Source of the DNA: an uncultured virus (IMG/VR IMGVR_UViG_3300028840_003545)
Taxonomy: Duplodnaviria > Heunggongvirae > Uroviricota > Caudoviricetes
Direction: 5' to 3' (one strand)
Length of the DNA: 64,000 nt
Virus record (IMG/VR): IMGVR_UViG_3300028840_003545
The position numbers were made by a program, and so were the translations under genes. The notes beneath the pieces were generated by a model. That model saw only the letters and a list, made by a program, of their open reading frames with translations. It was not told the origin of the DNA and ran no database searches. This document shows, piece after piece, positions 9,960-19,281 of the stretch (positions are counted from its first letter, which is position 1; each line of letters starts with the position of its first letter).

Positions 9960-10770
9960 GGAATTTTACAACTCCCCTTCTGTTTATAGTCCTTTAAGAC
10001 TCGATCAACTTAGACCAATCAGCGTTTTTTCACCGTTTACTTCGAAACTTTTAGGTACCGTTTATATAGTCAATCAGAAGGTTTTTACTGAGAGACTCGA
10101 TCAACTTAGACCAATCAGCGAAGTGCTTTTAGATTGTGCAACTGATCCAGTTTTATACAATCTCAGGGTATAACCTGCCAAATCAACACCAGGGTCTAGA
10201 ATTCTGTGTGTCTGACCGGATTCATGTCTTTCGACACTACTATTTACAACCCTTTGCCTTCCACCGTTTTACTTCTACATCTAGTGTTTACGTTTACTAC
10301 AGGGAGCTTGTCTTTGTAAAGACGCTAACACTTTATTTAGCGCTCCCCCAGCTTCACCGGAAGCTGTTGACATACCTTAATTATCTTAAAAGAACACCCA
10401 AGCTCACTTTCATGAGCAACGTTTTATTAATCGCGCGCCTAATGACGCTAGAGATTTCAAATCTCAAACGATTTAATAAATACGCTTAGACTCCGGTAGC
10501 TAACCATCCATGTCCGAGGTTCTTTTTCCTGCATCATTTAAATCTACTACAATTGTCAACATTCTTCTTACCTAGAATAGTCGCATGGCAGTTTCTCCAA
10601 TTCTATTAATGTTAACGCCATTTTTCGGATAACCACTATTGGTAGATTGTTTTCACCGAACTTACAATCTTAGACTGCTTTATACGCCCGACCCTTTACA
10701 GTCTATTGCGCTACAATCTTTTACTTCATTCATTTAAAAATTGAGTAGGTGTAATCCTATTTACAACGGT
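9960..10770 (-). ncRNA. candidate large structured non-coding RNA
   Basis: About 800 nt with no minus-strand ORF in an otherwise gapless genome; many hairpins, including GAAA-looped ones; lies directly upstream of tRNA-Arg. Confidence 0.5.
9997..10120. repeat. 28-bp direct repeat, two copies
   Basis: AGACTCGATCAACTTAGACCAATCAGCG at 9997-10024 and 10093-10120. Confidence 0.95.
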
Positions 10771-11748
10771 TCAAAGGGATCCAAACGAATTAACCGTTCG
10801 CATTCCATTATATGTGCCTCCTTTACTAATTTTACCTTTAGCGTTTCTACCAAACTTGACACCACGCCAAATGTCGCTAGTCAAGATAGCCGCAAGAACA
10901 ATTTCTTGAGGTTCTGATAAAAATTGCTTAACTTTACCATCTAAAATCAAACCAGAACGAAAATATTTGGGCAAATATTCAGTCTCTAACGCCTCGTTTC
11001 TGGCTTTCTTTCTCTGAGGAAAAAGTTGATTAGGTCGTCTGAAACAATTACGATCCTGATCATTTTCTGGCTTTCTACCAATTACTTCAAGACTTTCATT
11101 TTGAAGATTAGGAAAATTCCTATCTCGCTGACTCATAAGTAAAAATTCCAATTTACATCCTATAATTTCATTAATAGCTAATGGAATACTACCCATAAAA
11201 CCAGTATCAACTAAAAGTTCCTTGCCAGTAAAACCAGCTTTAGTTAAAAAAACCTTCACTGCTTCTCGATCATGATGATTTACAACATTCCTACTGATTT
11301 CAGGTAAAAATAGAGTCTTAATATCTCTTTTTCTAGCCATAACCTCTAAAGCCCAAACATCTCTACCAGCTAGAAAAAGTCTATCACAACCCATAACTTG
11401 ACGCTTACGTTCTGCTGCAAGTAATGTCTCGCGCAAAACGTCAAAATGCAAATTTCCCCTATCGCGCCTATTATACGTTAACGTAGACCAACCAATGTTG
11501 AGCTGATCGCATAACGCACGCAATTTGCGCAATTCTGGCGGAAAAGTATTCCACCATTTGCACGATTCGTATTCTTCTATTGGGATTCTAACAGGAAAAA
11601 AATCTGATACATCTTTTGGATCGGCACTATATTCTTGGTAACCATAACCATAATTATAATTACTATTCGATTTATCCATACATTGTTTAGCTAAACAAAT
11701 CGCTGGATAAACGAATTGATAGAAATGGTCGCGTAGCCAGTTCCCCAT
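10771..11748 (-). CDS. hypothetical protein, possibly PRTase-like/HAD-associated domain
   Basis: FLAGRD and LVDTGFMGSI resemble FLARD...VDxGxxG motifs; has its own promoter. Confidence 0.45.
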   Translation of the reverse strand: MGNWLRDHFYQFVYPAICLAKQCMDKSNSNYNYGYGYQEYSADPKDVSDFFPVRIPIEEYESCKWWNTFPPELRKLRALCDQLNIGWSTLTYNRRDRGNLHFDVLRETLLAAERKRQVMGCDRLFLAGRDVWALEVMARKRDIKTLFLPEISRNVVNHHDREAVKVFLTKAGFTGKELLVDTGFMGSIPLAINEIIGCKLEFLLMSQRDRNFPNLQNESLEVIGRKPENDQDRNCFRRPNQLFPQRKKARNEALETEYLPKYFRSGLILDGKVKQFLSEPQEIVLAAILTSDIWRGVKFGRNAKGKISKGGTYNGMRTVNSFGSL

Positions 11749-11775
11749 TGGACACGTTCCCCTTGTGCTCCACCA

Positions 11776-11804
11776 AGTTGAGCATCGGTGGGAACGGTTG
11801 TCAA
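11776..11804 (-). promoter_or_regulatory. sigma70-type promoter
   Basis: TTGACA-N17-TCAACT upstream of the 11748 gene. Confidence 0.5.
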
Positions 11805-11859
11805 CTTTTTTGTAAGCTTGACTGTCGTTTTTTCGGAAAAGTGCGTAATTTCGAATAGT

Positions 11860-11909
11860 TACGCGAAGGTGCTGAACAGATTTCTACGCGAAGGTGCTGA
11901 ACAGATTTC
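11860..11909. repeat. 25-bp perfect tandem duplication
   Basis: TACGCGAAGGTGCTGAACAGATTTC twice, abutting the stop of the 11910 gene. Confidence 0.95.
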
Positions 11910-13364
11910 TTAGGAAACTGTATGCATTATAAGCTTAAACTTAAAAGTACCAGGCTCACCAACAGCGACCTGAACGGTAAAATTGCCCGGATTTTTTAAT
12001 GATATGCCAGGAAATGGAAATGACGCATCGTTATCAACTAATTCTGGATGGACAGTATAATCAGTGTCAGCAGTTATGGTACTTATATAAGGTGGTTGAA
12101 CAAGAATTTGTGTTGGAGTATCTGCTGGAATTGATGCATTGTTAATATAATGGAAAGTTCTGTTCACTCCATTATTGTTGGTATCCAATGCTGCCTGATG
12201 GAATTCAGAGCCAAGCATATCAAAATTACCGTTAGCAGTGGCAACTGTGTTAGCATCGCATTGGATAGTGTCTGCTACAGTTGTTAAGAAAACAGCATTT
12301 CTTGCTCTAACAAGCCAATCTGAAGTAGTATTTGTATTTGCTGAATTAAATATGAAATTTCCTTGTATCTCTGCATGATCGAATACTCCAACCAATGCGC
12401 CAGTGTATTCATCAGTAGAATCAAATTCAATATTTACAGACGATATAAGACCATTGCATTTTATAAACGGAAGATCGTCTGGACTATTACTACTTTGTAC
12501 TATCGTACCTCTTATCGCTCCTTCGATCACTGACCCTTCATGAATTTGTACATTTGCTTGATTAGATAATACAATATCATCCTTTGCACTTAATCTGTAG
12601 AATCTATATGAATCTTTACCTCCAGATGGTTCAGTGCCACCAGTATTGTAGTCTGCATTTATCTCTTCACCAACTACTGAATCGAAACATTCTACAGAAC
12701 CGCAATTAACTAAACTAATACCACCTTCTGCTACATTTTCTATTATAATTAATTGATTTAGTAAAGCAGTATTTACATATCTTAAATCTAGAGCGTGCCC
12801 TGATTCCATAGATGAAACTATGTAACAATCATCTATGGTAAGCATTCCTACAAGACTTAATGATGGGAATGAAGTTAATGCATTTGTGCAATCTACTAAT
12901 ACTGCTTGATTACCTTCACTATTTAGGATGTATAGATTTTTTAATGAAAGACCTACTAAAGTGGACGTAGGTTGGCAATTGATAGTAGCATCGGTGTCCG
13001 TTGCATTCTGAATTATAGTATCATGTTCACCTGATCCCATAATAGTAACATTGTCTGCTATATTACTTAAATCCAAATCTTCCTGATATGTTCCGGGGTT
13101 AATATAAATCACATCTCCAGTTTGAGCAGCATTTACTGCAGATTGGATAGTTTCAAATTTATCAGTCCAATAATTTCTTTCTCCTGTTGGAGCAGGGCCT
13201 GGGCCGGGATCATTTTGATCAACAAACAAAAAATTTGTCCATTGAACATCTAAAGTATCCCCACCACCACATAAAGCTTTATTTATCTTAGCCTGAAGTG
13301 CTTTAGCAAAATGAGTAAGTCTTTGATCTTCATGTACTAACGGAGTTCTCGGTAAACAACCCAT
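11910..13364 (-). CDS. putative spike/receptor-binding protein, parallel beta-helix (paralog A)
   Basis: FETIQSAVNAA..GDVIYINPGTY.E beta-helix cap motif; N-terminus nearly identical to 13382..14803. Confidence 0.65.
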   Translation of the reverse strand: MGCLPRTPLVHEDQRLTHFAKALQAKINKALCGGGDTLDVQWTNFLFVDQNDPGPGPAPTGERNYWTDKFETIQSAVNAAQTGDVIYINPGTYQEDLDLSNIADNVTIMGSGEHDTIIQNATDTDATINCQPTSTLVGLSLKNLYILNSEGNQAVLVDCTNALTSFPSLSLVGMLTIDDCYIVSSMESGHALDLRYVNTALLNQLIIIENVAEGGISLVNCGSVECFDSVVGEEINADYNTGGTEPSGGKDSYRFYRLSAKDDIVLSNQANVQIHEGSVIEGAIRGTIVQSSNSPDDLPFIKCNGLISSVNIEFDSTDEYTGALVGVFDHAEIQGNFIFNSANTNTTSDWLVRARNAVFLTTVADTIQCDANTVATANGNFDMLGSEFHQAALDTNNNGVNRTFHYINNASIPADTPTQILVQPPYISTITADTDYTVHPELVDNDASFPFPGISLKNPGNFTVQVAVGEPGTFKFKLIMHTVS

Positions 13365-13381
13365 GATTTAAATCCTCCAGA

Positions 13382-14803
13382 TTAGATTTGATTTTGCATA
13401 ATCAATCTAAAAGCAGCGGAAACCGGAGCTGCTCCACATCTACAATCGAAGTTGTTTACATTTTTACTTGCAGCAACAATTGATATATTAGGATAATTAA
13501 CACCATCATCAACTAACTCTGGATGAACAGTGTAATCAACTCCAACACCAATGTATGGAGGTGAAATTGCAATAACATTTGGACCAACACCTTCTGTTAA
13601 TGCTGTTACATCTATATAATGTAAAGTTCTATCCACACCATGATTATTTGTATTTAATGCTACTTGAGTAAATTCAGCACCTAACATATGTAGATGCCCT
13701 TTCTGCTCTGCAGCAATATCACATTGAATTACACCTGATGATGTTGTCTTAAATACGGCATTTTCAGCCCAAACATGATATTCTGTAGCATTTCCTGCTG
13801 CAGAATTGAATATAAAATCGTTTTCTATAATAGCCTCATCAAACCAGGCTATATTGCATTGAGCCCATTCTCCATTGGAATCAAACAACATGCTAACTCT
13901 AGTTAAATCACCATGGAAATGTATATATGGAAGATCAGCAACATCACCGCTTATTCGACTTACTGTGCCTAGAAATACCTCAACCTCGCATCCTTTATTA
14001 AAGTGTACTGAAGGCTGATTCCATAATGTAATCGATTCTCCATGTATATATGTATCTCTGAATACGCTTACCTCTCTTCCTACAGTTGTTTGAGTTACAT
14101 CAGTAAGATCGTAGTCAATTTGACTAGCTCCATCTATCTCAGTATTGTAGGAATGTATGTTTGTGTTATATAGATAAATACCACTCTGAGGTATCCACAA
14201 ATGTTCAGTTGTAACACGATTGACATATCTGATATCTAATGCATTGCCCTGACCTCCAGTATCAGTGACAATAACAACTCTATCGAAATTAAGAAAATTA
14301 TCCGTAAAACTACCTAATGCATCTTCACAATCAACTACAACTGCAATATTATTATCAGTATTTTGTATAGTCAAGTCTCTAAATGTTAAACCAAGTAATG
14401 CTGAACTTGGATCTACTAATATCGTAGGAGTAGTATCATTGCTATTTGATATTATAGTAGCTTCTCTGCCTGATCCCATAATAGTAACGTTATCCGCCAT
14501 ATTACTTAAATCCAAATTTTCAATATATGTGCCTGGATTGATATAAATTACATCTCCATCTTGAGCAGCATTTACTGCAGATTGGATAGTTTCAAATTTA
14601 TCAGTCCAATAATTTCTTTCTCCTGTTGGAACAGGTAATGGGCCAGGATCATTTTGATCAACAAACAAGAAATTTGTCCATTGAACATCTAAAGTATCCC
14701 CTCCACCACAAAGAGACTTATTGATTCTAGCTTGTAATGCTCTAGCAAAATGAGTAAGTCTTTGGTCCTCATGCACTAACGGAGTTCTAGGTAAACAACC
14801 CAT
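13382..14803 (-). CDS. putative spike/receptor-binding protein, parallel beta-helix (paralog B)
   Basis: Same cap motif; shared ~115-aa N-terminus and shared C-terminal DYTVHPELVD. Confidence 0.65.
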   Translation of the reverse strand: MGCLPRTPLVHEDQRLTHFARALQARINKSLCGGGDTLDVQWTNFLFVDQNDPGPLPVPTGERNYWTDKFETIQSAVNAAQDGDVIYINPGTYIENLDLSNMADNVTIMGSGREATIISNSNDTTPTILVDPSSALLGLTFRDLTIQNTDNNIAVVVDCEDALGSFTDNFLNFDRVVIVTDTGGQGNALDIRYVNRVTTEHLWIPQSGIYLYNTNIHSYNTEIDGASQIDYDLTDVTQTTVGREVSVFRDTYIHGESITLWNQPSVHFNKGCEVEVFLGTVSRISGDVADLPYIHFHGDLTRVSMLFDSNGEWAQCNIAWFDEAIIENDFIFNSAAGNATEYHVWAENAVFKTTSSGVIQCDIAAEQKGHLHMLGAEFTQVALNTNNHGVDRTLHYIDVTALTEGVGPNVIAISPPYIGVGVDYTVHPELVDDGVNYPNISIVAASKNVNNFDCRCGAAPVSAAFRLIMQNQI

Positions 14804-14863
14804 GATCTAAACCTCTTATTTCCTGATTCAAAATGTAACGCGTTACCTTGTATAGTAGCACAG

Positions 14864-14892
14864 TTGACAAGCTCCATCCAAGCCTCTACACT
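14864..14892 (+). promoter_or_regulatory. near-consensus sigma70 promoter on the non-coding strand
   Basis: TTGACA(14864-69)-N17-TACACT(14887-92). Confidence 0.6.
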
Positions 14893-14940
14893 GTACCTTG
14901 GTGGTCGTTCTGCGTGCGACACTTCCCCCTCCCCCCCCCG

Positions 14941-14976
14941 GCAAACCCCGCGAGTCTCCTCAATCGCGGGGTTTGC
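14941..14976. terminator. 13-bp GC-rich hairpin (terminator or sRNA 3' end)
   Basis: GCAAACCCCGCGA-GTCTCCTCAA-TCGCGGGGTTTGC. Confidence 0.7.
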
Positions 14977-14981
14977 TCTAT

Positions 14982-15482
14982 TTAGCCATTTTCACGTCCA
15001 GTTAGATAATCCTTTTGTTTACATCTAGGACTATTAGGATTTTTATATTTACAATATCTAGACCAAGCTAAAGCAAATGCATATTGTTTTGCCTTTCCTT
15101 GATCTAAGTGTTCGTAGTAATACCTACGAACATCTTTAGGAATATCAGTTTCACCTTCGTATAAGAAAGAAATGGTTCTTTTATCTACCAATTCTAAAAA
15201 TTCATCAACTAATTGATCGAAATCATCAGTTTCTGTAAGTAATACATCTTTCACCTTATAAGGAGATTTTTCTTGTAAAACAAATAACGATACCTTATTT
15301 TCATCATCTTCATGTGGAGATATCATTAAAGGATACCGTTTACCTAAGATAGATTCTCCATCAGATGAAACGGTTCCTGTAACACCTTCTCTATATCTAA
15401 CGTGTCGTAGAATTTGATCTTTAGTGTACATTTTAAACTTATTCTTTTTTCTTATTAAATGGTCCAAACCAACTAGATTCAA
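14982..15482 (-). CDS. hypothetical protein with ChaB-like C-terminal segment
   Basis: IP..VRRYY.E......KAKQYAFALAWS pattern; weak. Confidence 0.35.
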   Translation of the reverse strand: MNLVGLDHLIRKKNKFKMYTKDQILRHVRYREGVTGTVSSDGESILGKRYPLMISPHEDDENKVSLFVLQEKSPYKVKDVLLTETDDFDQLVDEFLELVDKRTISFLYEGETDIPKDVRRYYYEHLDQGKAKQYAFALAWSRYCKYKNPNSPRCKQKDYLTGRENG

Positions 15483-16176
15483 TATTCCCTGTTACACAAT
15501 TACCTTCACTACAAGAAAATCCGCTTTGTATATAATTTATATTACTATCGCCAAAAGTAGGGGGATGCTCCCTATAAAGTTTAACCATCTTTTTCATTCT
15601 AGATGCGCTAGCATCCCCGCCTTTATCGCAAGATCCACTAGCATACACTCTCAATCTATTATTAAAAGAAGCACCTGGACATGCTTTAAATGATCGTCTA
15701 ATAATGTGAAGTCCAGCTGCTACACATTTACGCCTATCAGCTATTAAATCTTTGCCAGTCCAACCATGTGGAGTATTGTTAGCACTATTTACTACTGCAT
15801 TACCATCAATCATTCTAGACTTATTACCTAGATTAATTTGCATCATACACCAACTTCTGCCGTAATCATTCCAACCATATCTAGATAATCTCTCTCTTTC
15901 TATACCAATATCAATATCTCTTCTAAATCCACTTTCAAAATACATGATAGATAAAACTGTTAAAGCGGTTCTAGCTCTGCCGTGATTTCCTGTCCAAAGT
16001 GGCGTAGAATCTGGATGATAAACTACTTCCGCAATTGATTTACTAATTCCATTATATCTGGATTCGCACTGCTGAATACTTTCTTGAGCATACGTAGGAA
16101 CATAATAATTCTTTTTACATGGTACAATAGAAAGCATTATGCTTAAAAGCCACGCTGAAGCTACTTCGATCGACAT
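15439..16176 (-). CDS. secreted lysozyme/transglycosylase-like protein
   Basis: Hydrophobic N-terminus; MYFESGF...SWCMMQIN resembles the catalytic ES and GxMQ motifs; GGAG SD before MSIEV. Confidence 0.55.
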   Translation of the reverse strand: MSIEVASAWLLSIMLSIVPCKKNYYVPTYAQESIQQCESRYNGISKSIAEVVYHPDSTPLWTGNHGRARTALTVLSIMYFESGFRRDIDIGIERERLSRYGWNDYGRSWCMMQINLGNKSRMIDGNAVVNSANNTPHGWTGKDLIADRRKCVAAGLHIIRRSFKACPGASFNNRLRVYASGSCDKGGDASASRMKKMVKLYREHPPTFGDSNINYIQSGFSCSEGNCVTGNIESSWFGPFNKKKE

Positions 16177-16497
16177 TGGTTTTACTCCTATGTGATTAGC
16201 TGGGGCGAGTATTAGCAAACCACATAGGATTGTCAACCGAATTCTTATTCCTTAATGCTTCTTTCAAATTCTTCAAAAACTACGTTATATGGAATTCTAT
16301 TTTTATCTGCATATTCTTTCAAATTATCGATACTATCAGGTAATGATTTATTCATTAAATTTCGACGTCTAATTTCTTCTGCAACAATCGTAGCTGGTAT
16401 TCTTTTAATTCTACTGTACTCACCTATGTCTTCAATTTTGACAGGAAACATATATGTCTTGTGACAAACTGGCTCTGCTATTTGCTTTTTCATGTTA

Positions 16498-18303
16498 TTA
16501 TCCTACCTCTAGACCAATACTCAACCCAGATGCAAGTGCTCCAGTTTTAGTAACTTCAAAAGAAATTCTATCATCAGGATTAACTATCGCATAATTAGTT
16601 GGATCTCCTGCTGTTTGTTCTGCCCCAGTAAAAGTCATTGTTAATTGTTGAACACCATTTACAAGTACGTCAACTACTACTGTATCAGTACCACCTGGAG
16701 CTACAGCTAAATATCCATTTAAATTTCTTGCAATAGAATTACCAACAACTAACTGTGGCATATCATCAGTTGCACTTTCACTGAAATCCGGAAGTGCAAA
16801 ATTAGTCCCAACACTTATTGGTCCAGCTATACCTGCTCGCATTGGTCCAGAAGTACCAAAATTATCACCAGTACCAACCTTTGTGTTAGATCCTGGAATT
16901 ATTATAGGACCATCATTAATTGGTACAATAATTTGATCTGGATACATTAAAACACCTTGAGTCCAGCCAGTTACTGTATGGGTAAATATTTCTGTATAAA
17001 TCGAAGATCCATCATACATGCGACCTTGATAGGTTGTACCTGTTATATCTCCACCCCAATTTACTGAATTCTCAAAAACAATTTTAGAATGTTTACCCAA
17101 ATATACTCCATAATTGCCAAAGTCACCAAACATATCAACATCTTCAAAGAATCCTAAATACGATACATTTTCACAAAAGACTGCTTCAGAAACCCATGGT
17201 GCTAGACTTATATCTATAGTAACATAGCTATTTTGTGTAATTCCAGATGAATTTTCGAATAAGGAAATAAGTCCATATGCACCTGTATAAATCGTAAATC
17301 TACCTCCATATGCAGTAATATTCCCGCAACAATTGTATGTAAATAAAGCGGCATCAAGAGGTACCATATAAAGATTATTACACCCCGCAATATGTGTATC
17401 AAGTACACTAGATGCAAAAACCCATGCATTTGAATTTGAATTTGTTAGATTTACAAATTGCAATGTACCATTATATGATAGTAAAGTTTCAAAAGTTACC
17501 ACAGAATATGTCTGTACTTCAAAATTATCTCCAGGAGCAGGGACAGCACTTGAAGGCCACGATAAACTATCAGTTGCTATATTTGATACACGAGCATCAT
17601 TAGCTCCTTCATCGGCCAAAATCCATGCTCCATGATCAGCTGCTGCTCCATCTGTAAACCTAATAAAATCACCAATATGATCTGCTACCGTCCAATTATC
17701 ATCTCTAACTAAAATTCCAGTTGTTCCTGTTCTAGCTGTAAACAAAGATACCGTGCCAGAATATTGATTTGTTCTAGTAGTCCCAACTATAGTAACAGTT
17801 TCTCCGTAAGATTTTACACCAACTGGATCTGTTGCTAGTAAATTTGTTTCAATATTTACTGTCATAGCAACTTTAACGCCATTTGGCTCTACTCTACGTC
17901 TAAATTCAGCAAAAGTAGCTAATTGATTTCCATTTGAGCCATCATTTTCATCATTACCATTATCCGCATTTATATACCATACAGCTTGTCTAGACCATTT
18001 ACTATCTGGAGTAAGTTTTCTAACCCATCTACCTGTTCCAGAATTAGTAGCTACAATAGATTTACCATCTACAGTTTCTGTAGAATTCTTATCTAATACA
18101 AAATTGTCAGCTACAGTATTTACATATTTTTCACTACCATCTTTAATGATAGTATCAGGTATAGTAGATAATTCAGCTAAATCTGTAACTGGAGAACTAC
18201 TACTTACAATGTTACGTATTTGCTTGTAAAGTTTACGTAATTGTGCTTGAATTTCAAACGAACTATTACCTGCCAAATATGGTTTTCCCATTTTAAACTC
18301 CAA
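16498..18303 (-). CDS. putative spike/fibre protein, beta-rich
   Basis: GTGRWVR carbohydrate-binding-like motif; WYINADNGNDENDG (DUF1565-like); N-terminal IQAQLRKLY helix shared with the 19282 gene. Confidence 0.55.
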   Translation of the reverse strand: MEFKMGKPYLAGNSSFEIQAQLRKLYKQIRNIVSSSSPVTDLAELSTIPDTIIKDGSEKYVNTVADNFVLDKNSTETVDGKSIVATNSGTGRWVRKLTPDSKWSRQAVWYINADNGNDENDGSNGNQLATFAEFRRRVEPNGVKVAMTVNIETNLLATDPVGVKSYGETVTIVGTTRTNQYSGTVSLFTARTGTTGILVRDDNWTVADHIGDFIRFTDGAAADHGAWILADEGANDARVSNIATDSLSWPSSAVPAPGDNFEVQTYSVVTFETLLSYNGTLQFVNLTNSNSNAWVFASSVLDTHIAGCNNLYMVPLDAALFTYNCCGNITAYGGRFTIYTGAYGLISLFENSSGITQNSYVTIDISLAPWVSEAVFCENVSYLGFFEDVDMFGDFGNYGVYLGKHSKIVFENSVNWGGDITGTTYQGRMYDGSSIYTEIFTHTVTGWTQGVLMYPDQIIVPINDGPIIIPGSNTKVGTGDNFGTSGPMRAGIAGPISVGTNFALPDFSESATDDMPQLVVGNSIARNLNGYLAVAPGGTDTVVVDVLVNGVQQLTMTFTGAEQTAGDPTNYAIVNPDDRISFEVTKTGALASGLSIGLEVG

Positions 18304-18311
18304 TTAGCGAT

Positions 18312-18635
18312 TTACTTATCAATTCTAGGTTTTGCCCAAGTTAACGGATAACTATCTGTTAATCTATATCCAACAGCCCATCCTAAAGTTACTGCAGCCA
18401 CATCTGTTACTGCGTTTTCAGGAGTATCATAGGTATTCTGTCTAAACATTCCAAAACCATCTGGTCTAAAACGTTCCAAAATCTCCCATCCAATAGCTAC
18501 AACTAACATGGTAGGTAAAGATGCTCTAGCTAAACCTAAAGCAAGTCCACCAACACCATGAGCGATTGTATATCTATCTAAAGTGTGATAATCAGTTTCG
18601 CCCTCTCGAGCCTGTCTGACAGATAAATTAGACAT
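18312..18635 (-). CDS. small integral membrane protein
   Basis: D.YT.AH...WEILE...EN..TD with 2-3 hydrophobic helices. Confidence 0.55.
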   Translation of the reverse strand: MSNLSVRQAREGETDYHTLDRYTIAHGVGGLALGLARASLPTMLVVAIGWEILERFRPDGFGMFRQNTYDTPENAVTDVAAVTLGWAVGYRLTDSYPLTWAKPRIDK

Positions 18636-18941
18636 TTAATCATCTTCCAGTAATGTTTCGGCGTATTCCAATTCTGCAGCTACTCTAGTTCCATCTACTT
18701 CTATAAATCCTAATTTAGTTTCTAAAAATTCTCTCTCGTATGGATCTTTTTCTCTTCTTAACTGTCGCTTAGTGAATTTATATTTATTCCTAAGCATATT
18801 TAATACTTTTCTATGAGCTTCTACATCTATAGTTACTGTACATCTCCCTTTACATCGAAAGCATATACCAGATCCAGGCCAAAAATTTGATGACCCCCTG
18901 CCACCACATCTAGGGCAATCAATTATAACCTTGCTGCCCAT
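18636..18941 (-). CDS. DnaJ-type zinc-finger protein
   Basis: CPRCGGRG...CFRCKGR. Confidence 0.65.
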   Translation of the reverse strand: MGSKVIIDCPRCGGRGSSNFWPGSGICFRCKGRCTVTIDVEAHRKVLNMLRNKYKFTKRQLRREKDPYEREFLETKLGFIEVDGTRVAAELEYAETLLEDD

Positions 18942-18947
18942 TCTTGC

Positions 18948-19259
18948 TTATCCTATACTTTGTTCAATAAATTTAGCGAATTGATTAGCATTCATAACAC
19001 CTGACTGCTTCTTAACCATCCTGTTATCTACTACAACACCAATTGTTGGAACAGATTTTACAGAGAAATGTCTAGCTATCTGCGGAGAAACATCTATATC
19101 TACTTTTGCAAAAGTAACATTAGGGAATTGACTTTCTACTTGACTAAAAATAGGTGCAAACATCTTACAAGGTCCACACCATGATGCCATAAAATCTATG
19201 ACTACTACCTCGGAATTTTCAACAACTTGATTGAAGTTTTGTATAGTTAGATCTATCAT
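18948..19259 (-). CDS. trxA: thioredoxin
   Basis: WCGPC active site and SVPT cis-Pro motif; start after an AGGAG SD. Confidence 0.95.
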   Translation of the reverse strand: MIDLTIQNFNQVVENSEVVVIDFMASWCGPCKMFAPIFSQVESQFPNVTFAKVDIDVSPQIARHFSVKSVPTIGVVVDNRMVKKQSGVMNANQFAKFIEQSIG

Positions 19260-19281
19260 AATGTCTCCTACCTTAATAAAT

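Noticed and set aside
9997..10120. Mini-CRISPR array from the 28-bp repeat
   Set aside because: Only two copies, a 68-bp spacer, no palindrome and no cas genes; the 47803 nuclease is in a replication context.
10136..10489. 117-aa plus-strand ORF in the large gap
   Set aside because: Wrong strand, GTG start without a clear SD and no motif; RNA structure explains the region better.
11910..14803. Diversity-generating retroelement acting on the spike paralogs
   Set aside because: No reverse transcriptase in the window, and the differences are not adenine-specific.
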